A stretch of 64,000 nucleotides of DNA from Cyanophora paradoxa CCMP329 (taxonomy: Eukaryota; Plantae; Glaucophyta): NCBI GenBank assembly GCA_004431415.1, contig QPMI01000224.1:87403-151402 (forward strand). The letters run 5' to 3'. Below the pieces are notes generated by a model, which did no database searches, was not told where the DNA came from, and saw only the letters and a program-made list of their open reading frames with translations. Below, in pieces: positions 12,001-23,047 of this stretch (its first letter is position 1; every line of letters begins with the position of its first letter). Both the position numbers and the translations under genes were made by a program.

Positions 12001-15000
12001 CTCGAGCGCCTTCCAGTCGGTCAGCCAGTACAACCCACTGGGGGGGAACCCCTACTCGGACAGCTGCGTGATCACGACGCGGTGCGAGTACGAGGAGCGC
12101 GTCTTCAGCAGCAACGCGCAGTCGGTGCTGGGGGCGCTGAGGTACTGGTACGCGGCGGACTCGGACACGGTGCTCTTCTCGTTCTCGCGGGACTCGGCCC
12201 TCTACTCGGAGTTCGTTGCGTGGAACGCGTCGGCGGCCGCCATCGCCGACGTCGAGCTCGTCGACGTCCTCGTCCGGCGCCCGCCCGGCAAGGACACCAC
12301 CCTCATCCCCCGCACCGTCGAGCTCCAGATCTACTACGGCCAGTACGACGAGTACACCAAGCGCATCGTGCGGGCCTTCATGCGCTTCGACGACTTCGAC
12401 AACGTGGACGGGGCGGGGGACCTGAGCACCAAGTACCAGCTGATCATCTCCTTCCAGCCGTACGGGTGGAAGGACCTGATGGACGCCTTCGCGCTCGACC
12501 TGCCCGTCTACCTCATCATCTTCCTCGTCGTCAACTCCCTCGGCATCCTCATCTGCGTGGGCATCTGGGGGGTGCACCGGGTGGTGACGCGCGTGCGGAA
12601 CCCCCCCAAGTTCCGCTTCTTCGAGTACATCCGCGTGATGACGACGGCCCCCTTCAAGGGCGTCCTCATGACCGCCTTCGTCCTCTTCGACATCTTCGGC
12701 TTCCTCTACGGCGTCCTCATCGCCTGGAACCCCTTCGCCGACGAGAAGGGCGACTACCAGAACAACCAGCCCCTCAACGACGAGCTGTCCGCCCCGCCCC
12801 GCCCTGCCCCGCCCCCGCCCCGCCCCGCGCCCTCCCTGACGCCGGCGGGTGTGCAGGGTGCGGCAGTACCAGTACGGGCGCTTCGGGCTCGTCCTGCTCC
12901 TCTGCTCGAGCTACATGATCTTCTACATCTCGACGATCATGATCCCCGACCGCAAGGAGCGCAAGATGGGCGACGCGCCGGGCGACAAGGCCGGCAAGGA
13001 CGCGCCGGCGCAGCCGCGCAACAAGAAGATCCACCTCTCGCCGGTGGTGCTGCAGCGCTCGCAGCTCATCTTCGCGAGCTACGGCGGCGTCGTCCTCTTC
13101 GTCTTCCTGATGGAGCTGACGTACTCGTCGGTCTGGTCCTCGAACTCGCAGATCTTCAACGTGCTGGCGCGTGTCGGCCAGTTCGTCCTCACCGCCTTCC
13201 TCAAGCGCACCCTCGTGCACGAGCTCTCCTACGGGCCCGTCCTCATCTCCATGGACCTCATCATCGCCATCGGCAACATGAGCGCGCCCACCTTCACACA
13301 GTTCCTCATCTCCTTCTTCCAGGACATCCTCATCCAGGTCTTCATCCGCCTCTACGTCCGCAAGGTCCAGAACTACATCCGCTCCCGCATCCCCGCCCTG
13401 CGGAAGTGGCTCCTGCGCAAGATCGTCGCCATGCGGGCGGACCGGGCCGGGGAGGGCAAGAGCGGGAAGGCGGGGCAGGGGGCGGGCAAGTCGTGGCGCG
13501 TGATGCAGTCGCTCGCCAAGTTCAAGGCCCTCACCCGCGTCGACGCCCCCGACGACGACGACGACGACAAGGGTCCGCCCGCCCCCGCCCCCGCCCCCGC
13601 CCCCTGGCCCCTGGCCGCTGGCCCCGCCCCGCTTTTCGCTGAGGGGGGCGGGGGCGGGGGCAGACGAGTCGGTGGACCGGGTGATCAGCGTGCTGTCGAA
13701 CTACTCGCTGGGGGTGGTGGCGCTGCTGCTGACGCCCCTCTTCCTGGGCGTCATCTGGCAGTTCGACGACCTCCTCCAGCTCTCCCGCCTCTACTCCATC
13801 AAGAAGCGCGACCTCCGCTTCTACCTCCTCCACTTCGCCGTCTTCGTCTTCGGCCGCATGGCCATGGACGTCTTCATCGCCCAGACCCAGGAGGTCTTCA
13901 TCGGGCTGAAGCTCTTCGAGTACCTGAAGTACGCGGAGCACCGCTTCCGCACCCGCACCTCCATCTGGAAGGGCTTCGAGTCGACCTTCGACGAGACCAT
14001 CGAGGAGGGCCTCCGCACCCTCGACCAGCTCTGCTTCTCCTCCCAGTACTACCTCCTCATCTGCTTCGGCGCCTGCTCCGTCATCTTCTGCACCTACGGC
14101 GTCGAGATCATGATCCGCTGGGAGTACAACATGTTCTCGTGCGTGCCAGCCGCCCCGCCCGCCCGCCGGCTCGCTCGCGTCTGCCGCTCGCGCCGCCTGA
14201 GGCGCCGGCAGGGACCCGATGCTGATCCCGATCATGGGGCTGGCGCTGCTCTTCTGCAAGCTCTCCCGCCGCGTGCTCTTCTTCGTGGTGGGCAAGATCC
14301 AGCTCTGGCGCCTCCACGACCGGCGCAAGCGGGCCGTGGTGGAGGAGTCGGGGGCCCCGAAAGAGGAGGGCGGCGCCACTCGGCGCATGTTCCAGCTTCC
14401 CGGCCTCGGCGGCAAGGGCCCCGGCTACGAGGGCGCCGAGGGCGGCTCCTCCATCGACCCCGCCCGCCTCGAGACCGACGAGTTCAAGTGCGCCTCCCCG
14501 CCCCCGGTCCCGCCCGCCCCGCCCTGCCGGCGCCTCACTGGTGGCGGCAGGAGCGAGTTCCTGGAGAAGAACCGGCCGTGGATCCTGGAGCGCCTGGGCT
14601 CGGCCCTCTCGCCGCGCACGCGCTCGCGGCTGCAGGGCCGCTCGGGCGAGGGCGCCGGGGAGGGCGACGAGGAGGAGGGGGCGACGGACCGGAAGGGCGC
14701 CCTCGCCCGCATGTCCTCCTTCGCCCGCGGCGGCCTCGCGAAGATGCGCGACTCCTTCCGCGCCTCCTTCGGCGGCAAGGGCGCCCCGGCCTCGTCCGCC
14801 GCAGCGGCCGCGGCGGACGCGGCGGACGCCGCCCGGTCGCCCACGCAGCGGCAGGTCAGCACCGGGCCGCCGGCCATCATCGGCCCGATCGGCCTCGGGA
14901 GCCGCACGGCGCTCCCGCCGTTCCCGCGCCCGATGGGCCGCGGCACGCTGGCATCGCTGCGGCCGCCGGGCGCCACGCGCATGCTGGGGCGGACGGTGTC

Positions 15001-17167
15001 GGAGATCAGCAGCAGCAGCGAGGGGAGCGGGGATGAGCGCGGGGTGAGCCACGAGGCGATCGACGCGGCGCTGGTGGAGGAGTGGCCGGTGCGGGAGCCC
15101 GGGCGCAAGACGCGGGTGGTGGCGATGAAGCTCCTGCGGGCCATCCGCGCGCACATCCGCCTCCAGGAGCAGGTCGCCGAGCAGCAGCAGCACCGCGCCG
15201 CCTCGCTGCAGAGCTCCCTGCCGCGCGACCACCGCCGCGCCGGCCACGGGGACGTCTCGTCCGACGAGGAGAGCGTGGGGAGCGGGTCGAGCGAGGGGAC
15301 GGCGGTGCGGGCGCGCAACGAGTGGCCCGTCGCCGCGATCGACGAGAAGACGCGGACGGTGATGTTCAAGCTCCTCTACGCCGTGCGCGTGCAGCTCGGC
15401 CAGCGCGCCGCCGCCGACGAGCGCGACTCGGACCTCGAGTCCATCTCCTCCTCGGCCTCGGCGATGCACAAGCGGGCGCGCGGCGCGGCGGCGGGGGCGG
15501 CCCCGCGGGCGGCCCCCGTGCGGGACGACATCTCGGAGGACGCGTCGGTGGACGAGCGCGGGCCCGACGCCGCGCCCCGCACCTGGGGCCTCGAGGGGCC
15601 CATCGCCCCCCAGACTCGCGTGCGCCCCGCCCCGCCCCCGCCCCGCCCGCCCCGCCCCGCCCCCCGCCCCGCCCCGCTCCGTCCCCGACCGCCGCGCAGA
15701 CGATCGCCTTCAAGTGGCTCGCGATCGCGCGCACGAGCCTGGCCAACGTGTCGGGGTGGAGCCCGGGGCGCCCCGGAGCCGCCGAGCAGCAGCTCGGACG
15801 ACTCGGACGGGGGCGCCGGCCCGCCGCCGGCCCCCGAGCCCCGCAGCCGGCCCTCCATCTCCGACGACAGCGGCAGCGACGGCGGCGGCGCAGGCGGCGC
15901 CAGAACCGCCGCCGGCGCCGACCCCCGCGGCCGCTCGACCCGCGGCGGCGGCAACATCATCGGCTTCAGGTCCCTGCGCCCGTTCCGCCCCGCGCGCCCG
16001 CCGCTCACGCGCCGCCGCCGCGCGCAGGCCGATGGCTGCCGGCCCGATGGAGGCGGGGCGCAGCGTGGCGGCCGACTTCACGGACGGGGAGCCGGCGGAG
16101 GAGCGGCCGGCCTCGCGGCAGCGCCAGGCGATCGTGCGGCAGCCGCCGGCCCGCATGATGATGCCGGCCGCCCTCGCCGGCCGCCCCAGCGCCCTCGCCC
16201 CGACGAGGCGCCCCGGGCCGCGCTCCAGCGGCGCCGCCCGAGCAGCGGCCTCGTGACGGCCGGCCCGACAGCGACGCTCGGCGCCCTCGTCTTCCGCGGC
16301 GCTGACGACGGCTTCCCCGCCGAGCCGCCGGCCCCGCCACCTGCGCCTCCGCCGGCCCCGGCGCGCCCCGCGGCGCCGGTCTCGGACGACAGCGGGAGCG
16401 AGAGCAACGGGGCCGAGTTCCCCGAGATCGGGCCGGCCCCGCGCGCCCCGCCACCCTCGGCGCCCGCTCGGTCCCCCACGGGCGCGCCGTGGAGCCCCGC
16501 CGCCCCGCCGCCGCCCCGCCATTGCCGGTCGCGCCGGCCCCGCCGGCCCCGCCGGGCGCCGGTGAGGAGGACTCGGGGCCGGCGTGCTGCCTTCGCAGAG
16601 CCGGAGCGCGAGCAGCGGCGGGAGCGGGAGCGGGCGCGGGGAGGGTGGAGGCGGTGCGCTGAGGAGCGGCCTGCCGGCCTTCGCGGTGCCCGTCGAGGAC
16701 GCCGTCGCCCCGGCCGGCTCGACGCTCGCCCAGCACGAGCCGGCGGCCGCGCCCCGTCCCGCCAGCACCCCGCCATCGCCCCGCCCCCGCCAGCGGCGCT
16801 TCCCTCGCTCCCGACACCCACGGCGGCGGCAGCGCAGCCGGCCGGCCCGAGCGCGAGCTCGGAGCCGGCCGGCAGCCCATCGGCGGCCTTTGCGGCTGTC
16901 GCGGTGACCCCGCGCCAGACTGCGATGGCCCCGCGCGCAGCAAGCTTCCAGCTGGGCAGCAGCCTGCCCTCGGCGCCGCAGGTGCCCGCCGGCGGGCCGC
17001 TCCGCCGCGGCTCGGACGCCCATCAGGCGATGCCGCCGCTGCCGATGCCGCCGGCGGACGGTGGCGCGGGGCGGCACCCGGCGCCGCGGCGCATGTTCGC
17101 TGAGCGTGCGCCGCCGGCATCGCGGCTGCACGCAGCGCCGCCGCCGCCGCCGGAGCCCTCAGCGCCG

Positions 17168-17199
<32 letters not shown>

Positions 17200-17719
17200 C
17201 GGGCTGCCGGGGGGCCTGGCGAGCGACCACGAGGAGCTGCCCGACGCCCGCGGCCCACAGCAGCGGGCCCCCGAGGAGCACCCCACACGCTGGGCCGGTC
17301 CGCCTCCGCCCGAGCCCCGAACCCCCTACCTCTCACTGCGCGCTGACGGCCCCGGCGCAGCGCCCTCGCGGGTGGCGAAGCGGGTGGTGGAGATCAGCAG
17401 CGACGAAGGGACGAGCGAGGAGGAGGGGGCGAGGGCGGTGCGGCCGTACGGGTCGGCCTCGTCGGGCTCGAGCATGAGCGTCGACTCGGACGTCGAGGCC
17501 GACAACGCCGTCGTGCCCCTCCGCCGCGCCCCGGCCCCCGCCGCGTCGCGCCCCGCCCCGCCCCCGCCCCCCGTCCCCGCTCCCGCCTTCGTCCGCACGG
17601 CCACGGTGAGCGGCCAGATCAGCGATGACAGCGGCAGCGACGCGGACGCGGACAACGACAGCGAGCCTGACGCGGCGCCTGCCCGCCGCCATCACTCCAA
17701 GCACGCCCGCCGCGGCTAG
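1..17719 (+). CDS. Giant multi-exon membrane protein, 5' end outside the window: ~28-30 IPT/TIG repeats (1-8630), Cys-rich GCC2/GCC3 (ephrin-receptor-like) repeats (~8690-10620), an extracellular region, ~10-11 TM helices (~12500-14300) and a long disordered acidic/Pro-rich tail
   Basis: IPT motifs recur (e.g. PTVSAITPSQG...VHGSNF...CRFG...VMCLAP...LEVSFNGQDFT). Repeats such as CPPGYYCP, CPAGFFC and CTPGFFQ follow. Hydrophobic helices include PVYLIIFLVVNSLGILICVGIWGV. GT-AG introns join the ORF fragments in frame (e.g. 8317-8366, 8622-8678). Stop TAG ends at 17719. Confidence 0.8.
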
Positions 17720-17989
17720 CCGCGCATCCCGGCGCATTCCCGCCCCCGGATAAGGAGTTTTCCCCCTTCTTTTTAGGCGCCCTCTCCCTCGGGGGTGCAC
17801 AACTTCATCTTCCTACACGGAAGTACTTATTTTACGACAAAGAAAAGTAAACCTGTAGAGTAGATAGAACAGCCAGCAAGTAGGTATTGAAGACAGAAAA
17901 GAGTGTGGTTAGATATTGGGACCATGTATGTACCGTAGTACCATAGTTTGAATAATGGAATTGAACGAACACATATTTGACCGCAGAGT

Positions 17990-19130
17990 GACAGCCGTGG
18001 CCACGTGTGCACGGTGTGCATGTGTTAGCCCTGAAGCATTCGTAGAATGCATATGACTAGTCTGACTCAGTGACTCGCGACACACTGTGACACAAGGAGT
18101 ACCATATATATGCAAAGCCGGTGTGCCCGGGGCCCGCTCTAGATCTAGATCTAGATCTGGGCCCCGCCCCTTGAATCACTGAGTCATTTTAATTTAAATT
18201 ACGTATACAGCTTTAAGGCTTAAAGGCTTCAAATGTTGAACTTCAAGGCTTTGAAATCAATATATATAATATCTATAAAGTTAAAGCTTGAAAAGCCGCT
18301 GAGCCTCGGAGGCTTCGAATTCAAGATCGATATCGATATCGGGCCACTGGGCCACGGGTTCTAGGCTCTAGATCTTATCATGATCTGATTCGCCGAGTCG
18401 ATCATGATCATCATGGCATGCATATGCCAGGACAAAATTCAGTCATGACGAGAAGGGCCGGGCCGGGGCTCTTACTACGTAGACGGTACTGCCCTAGTGC
18501 TAGCTATATAGCCACCGTGGCACTCGATGACTGGGCTGCTGCCAGGCTGCCAGTAGGGCCGTGCGGTTCGACGGTCCACAGGATCCGGAGTACTAGTTGC
18601 CCTGCCAGGCCCTGAGGCTGCCAGGCTGGTCCACAGGAGTACTAGTCCGGTCCCAGCATGGCCATATTCATGATTTATATGCATGGCCCAGTTGCATGCG
18701 CAGTGCCGCCGTTCGCGTGCCGCAGTGCCCTGTGTCCGGATCCGAGTGGCCATGGCAGCTGCAGAGAAATCTGGACGATCATGATCATGATCAAGATCTT
18801 GACTCACTTGTACTACGGAACCGATTCTCAGAGTCTAGATCCTGATCATGAGCTCGAGCTCAAGTGGGCGTCACACGGTGGGCGTCACACGGCGTTTTTA
18901 TTTCAAGTTTAATTTCCCCGGGCATGCATGCATGCATGCGCAGCGGGGCCGTGATCGACCCCCGGGCCGGGCCCGGGGGGCGGGCCGAGCTCGAGAGCTA
19001 GTCGGACGGCTAGCCCTGACACCCCGATCGCGAGGCCCCGGGGCCCGCGGCCGCTGGGCGGCCTAAAGTCGCTGCAGCGGGACCAGTCCACGTCACGCAC
19101 ATGATCATGATCTCCCGATCCGGCGCTTCC
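17990..19130. repeat. Palindrome-dense intergenic tract between convergent genes
   Basis: Perfect palindromes AGATCTAGATCTAGATCT (18141-18158), CGATATCGATATCG (18328-18341), GATCATGATCATGATC (18777-18792), TCAAGATCTTGA (18791-18802), TGAGCTCGAGCTCA (18849-18862), GCATGCATGCATGCATGC (18922-18939). Confidence 0.8.
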
Positions 19131-19339
19131 CGTTCCCCGCTACCTGCGGATTGAAACTCCGGTTCTTCGGAAATCAAACAGCAGTGAACATGAAACCCTG
19201 TGGCCTGCTGCGACAACCCGCTGAACTGGCGAACGACCTATCTGACTACCTGGGGCGAGGACAAAAAGAGCGACACTGTGAAAGGGGTGGATTGACAAAT
19301 GAAGCTGCAAAGCTGCATCGAGGCCCGCGCCGCGACCCT

Positions 19340-21179
19340 TTAGATAAGGTCGGCGACCTGATTGCGGCGCGACATTGTCAGAGACGGGCGACGCGAGGTG
19401 GGGCGGCAGTCGCGCACGTTCATGGGCATCTCGTCGATCTGAGTGTTGTAGAACTGCTCGATCTCGCGGAGAGAGCGGACGTCGTCGGCGGTGACGAAGT
19501 TGATGGCGACACCCTTGCGCCCGAAACGGCCGGAGCGACCAATGCGGTGGAGGTAGTTCTCGCGGTTGGTCGGAAGGTCGTAGTTGATGACGAGCGACAC
19601 CTGCGCGAGCGCGGCGTGAGCGGCGCCGGGTCGGCGCTACGCGAGAGGCGGGGCGGCGGACCTGCTGCACGTCGATGCCGCGGGCGAGCAGGTCGGTGGT
19701 GATGAGAACACGGGACGAGCCCGAGCGGAACTCGCGCATGATCAGCTCGCGCTCCTTCTGGTCCATGTCGCCGTGCTGCGTCCCCGCGTCGGCCTAGAAA
19801 AGAAACGGGAAAGGAAGCCCGGCCGCACCATGGCGGAGACGGTGAAGTCGCGAGCCTGCATCTTCTGCGTGAGCCAGTCGACCTTGCGACGGGTGTTGCA
19901 GTAGATGATGGCCTGCCAGCGATGCTCAGCGAGCTAGCAGCCTCCGACAGGAGCGACGAATGCACCTGAGTGATCGTGATGGTCTCGTACAGGTCGCACA
20001 GGGTGTCGAGCTTCCAGTCCTCCTTCTCGACGGCGATGTAGAACTGCTTGATACCTTCGAGCGCCGTCAGAGGGCTCGGCGAGAAGGAGGCGCAGCGAGC
20101 CGCACCCTCGAGTGTGAGCTCATCGCGCTTCACGAGGATGCGGATGGGGTCGCGCATGAAGCGCTGGGTGATCTCCAGCACCTCCGGGGGCATGGTGGCG
20201 GAGAAGAGCCCGACCTGGATCTTCGACGGCATGTGCTTGAAAACGTCATAGATCTAGTCACAAAGCGGCCCCGTCAGCGGAAGCAACGACGCGCGCCCAG
20301 TGTCCGGACTGACCTGGTCCTTGAAACCGCGGGAAAGCATTTCGTCAGCCTCGTCGAGGATGAACATCTTCATGTAGTCGGTGCGGAGGGCACGGCGCTG
20401 GATCATATCGAACACGCGGCCGGGGGTGCCGACAACAATGTGGACGCCGCTCTCGAGGCGCTTCATGTCCTCGCGGACGTTGGTGCCGCCAATGCAAGCG
20501 TGGCACTGGGCGCTCATGTAGTCGCCGAGGGCGATGACGACCTGAGCGGCCGCGGGCGTTAGCGGTGAGTGGGTTTGTGTGAACAGCGATCACACCTTCT
20601 GGATCTGCTGCGCCAGCTCGCGGGTGGGAGCAAGGAGCAGAGCCTGGCACTCCTTAAGCGAAGTGTCGATGTTCTGCAGGACGCCGATGGCGAAAGTGGC
20701 GGTCTTGCCAGTGCCCGACTGCGCCTGAGCGATGCAGTCGAAGCCGCGCAGCAGAGGGACGATAGCCTGCATTCAGAAGGAATGACGCGATAAGCGTTCA
20801 GTCGCCGCCGGCAATGGCCGCGCGAGGCGCCGCGGCGAGGATCACCCGCTGCTGGATGGCCGACGGCTTCTCGAAACCGTAAGCGTAGATACCGCGGAGC
20901 AGCTCCTCCCGCAGCTTCATGTTGTCGAAGTTGTCCACCACCTCATCCCAGTTGGACTCGATGTCCTGGGCCGAGAGCGAGGAGTCGAGCTGGCCCGCTC
21001 CACCGCCATCCCCACGGGACGGCGCGTCCCGGTCCCTCCCCCCCTCAAAACCGTTCCTGCGCAGAGAGGCCGGGCGCGGCCGCAAATCAGGGCCAGGGTC
21101 GCTGGGCGCCGCGCCGGGCGCTCGCGAAGTATCTAGGCGCGCAGGTTGCGCGCTACTTTGCAAGGTGGCTCATTCCCAT
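19340..21179 (-). CDS. EIF4A: Eukaryotic translation initiation factor 4A (DEAD-box helicase), multi-exon
   Basis: [76 protein letters not shown]. Ends MPMN|VADLI*. First exon MGMSHLAK is inferred from splice sites. Confidence 0.97.
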
Positions 21180-21355
21180 CTCTAAACTTCGCTAGCCGCG
21201 CTCGTGGGCCCGCTGCGCTGCGCTTGGCACGCACTTGTTCTCGCTCATGTTCTGGTACTGACCCCCCCGTCGTACTGTACCCCTACGTGGCCCCGCCCCC
21301 GATCTCTCCTCTCGCGAGGCGATGCCTTCTCCTCAAGATCTCTCCACTCGAGGCG

Positions 21356-22990
21356 ATGCGCAAGCGCCGGGACAAGCGCGCCTTCGTGCGGGAGCACTGG
21401 CACGACCCCGAGACCCTGCAGCGCGATGAGTGGTGCGCGTGCGCGCGCGCAGCGCGGAGAAGCGCGGAGAATGATGACGCGTGCGTAGCGCCGAGCTCAG
21501 GGTGCTGGGTTATGTGCTGGCGTTCCTCAACGACTACTTCGCCTCGCTGCCTTCGTCGCTCTTCGTCTTCGTCCTCGCCGACCAGCCGTTCTTCGTCTTG
21601 TATGACTGCACGGTCGCCGGGATTCCGTACCACGTCCGCGGATTCCGTCGGCCCGACATCTTGATCGTCTTGCCCGACCGTGTTATTGTGCTCGATGTCG
21701 ACGAGTTGCAGCACGGGATCTTCAACGGTTTTGCAGCGTTCGGACGCTACCTGTTTGCAGAGGAGGCGGCAAGGGAGGAGGAGATCACGGAGGACATCAA
21801 GCAGAAGTACTCGCGGCCTGCAATCTTCATCCGCTACAACCCGCCCGAGCTGTATTCGTGGAGCCGGCCCTGTAACACCAGCATCGAGCAGCTCCGGAAG
21901 ACCCTGCGCAACGCCCTGACGACGAGCATCGATGAGGTGCGATGCGCATGCCCTGCGCAACGACAACGCCCTGTCCCGACAACTACCCCATCACTTACAC
22001 CAAGCTCGGGCGCGCGGGGCCCGAGCAGAGAAAGGAGGCGCTCGCCGCGCTCCGTCCCCCAGGGCATCGTCTCTTGCCCGCGCCCGGCCTCCCCGCTCGC
22101 ACGCCCCCGCAAGGCAACGGCGCGTCGGACGAGCTCATTGTTGGCCATGTCACGTGTGCTTTACGAGTGGGCGCATCGTTGGGCGCTCGCGCACGGCGCC
22201 GGCCATGTCCTGCAGATCCTGCGGATCTTGCACGACAACCCTGTGGACGGCGACAAGGACCTGTTCGGCAAAGATCGAAAGCGCCCGGGTGCATGCTTCT
22301 TTCTCGTTTATCCTGCTCGCAGACTTCCTGAGCACTTCGTCGCAGACTTCCTGATTGAGTTCGAGCACTTCGTCGTTGTGGTGGAGGTGGACGAGCGCCA
22401 GCAAGCGCGAGCGGAGCGCCAGCGCGAGCGCGAGCGGGAGCGGCAGGCGAAGAAGCGCGAGTGGGAGGCGACGGAGCGCGAGCGGGAGGCGGAGCTGGAG
22501 GCGAAGAAGCGCGAGCGAGTGGAGGCGTTGAAGCGCGAGTGGGAGGCGTTGCAATTGAAGTGGGAGGCGAGTGGGGAGAAGCGCGAGTGGGAGGCGAAGG
22601 AGCGGGAGCGGGAGCGGGAGCGCGAGGCGAAGGAGCGCGAGCGGGAGGCGAAGGAGCGGGAGCGGGAGCGGGAGCGCGAGGCGAAGGAGCGGGAGCGGGA
22701 GCGGGAGCGCGAGGCGAAGGAGCGCGAGCGGGAGGCGAAGGAGCACGAGTGGGAGTGGGAGGCGAGGAAGCACGAGTGGGAGGCGAAGAACCGCGCAGGC
22801 GCCCACCATCTAGGCTCGCTTAGTCGCGGTAGACCTGTGGATCGCGGTAGACGCTAGCTATTCTCTCTTCTCTCTCCTCCTCTCAGCTAGAGTCTCCTCT
22901 CTAGCTAGTCTCCTCAGGCGATGGCATGAACATCTACCCCATCAATTACATCAAGCTCGGGCGCGCGGGGCGCGGGGCACAGTTCGCGGA
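21356..22990 (+). pseudogene. Tandem pair of PD-(D/E)xK-like (Vsr-like) endonuclease domains of the type common in giant DNA viruses; probably degenerating
   Basis: Domain 1: ELRVLGYVLAFL...YDCTVAG...RRPDILIVLPDRVIVLDVDELQH...RPAIFIRYNP. Domain 2 after splicing 22289-22345: RKRPDFLIEFEHFVVVVEVDERQ. A 36/38-bp direct repeat lies at 21983-22020 and 22934-22971. Intron 21433-21488. The frame breaks near 21940. Confidence 0.6.
22405..22790 (+). repeat. Coding-type minisatellite (GAGCGG/GAGCGC/GAGGCGAAG) encoding EREREAK repeats
   Basis: Tandem GAGCGGGAGCGGGAGCGCGAGGCGAAG-like units; translation KEREREREREAKERE... Confidence 0.9.
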
Positions 22991-23047
22991 CGTAGCTATA
23001 GAGCGCGCGCGCGCGACAATGAGGACTTTCGTCGTCAACTAGCTCCG

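Noticed and set aside
17820-17990. AT-rich stretch as a transposon or organellar insert
   Set aside because: No terminal repeats, TSD or recognisable coding similarity visible.
18130-18430. Dense restriction-site-like string resembling a cloning polylinker
   Set aside because: Site order matches no vector layout I recognise, there is no vector backbone, and the same pattern recurs in many intergenic gaps. Treated as endogenous palindrome chaining.
22405-22790. Possible CRISPR-like or telomeric repeat
   Set aside because: Tandem codon-based repeat without unique spacers, in a eukaryotic context.
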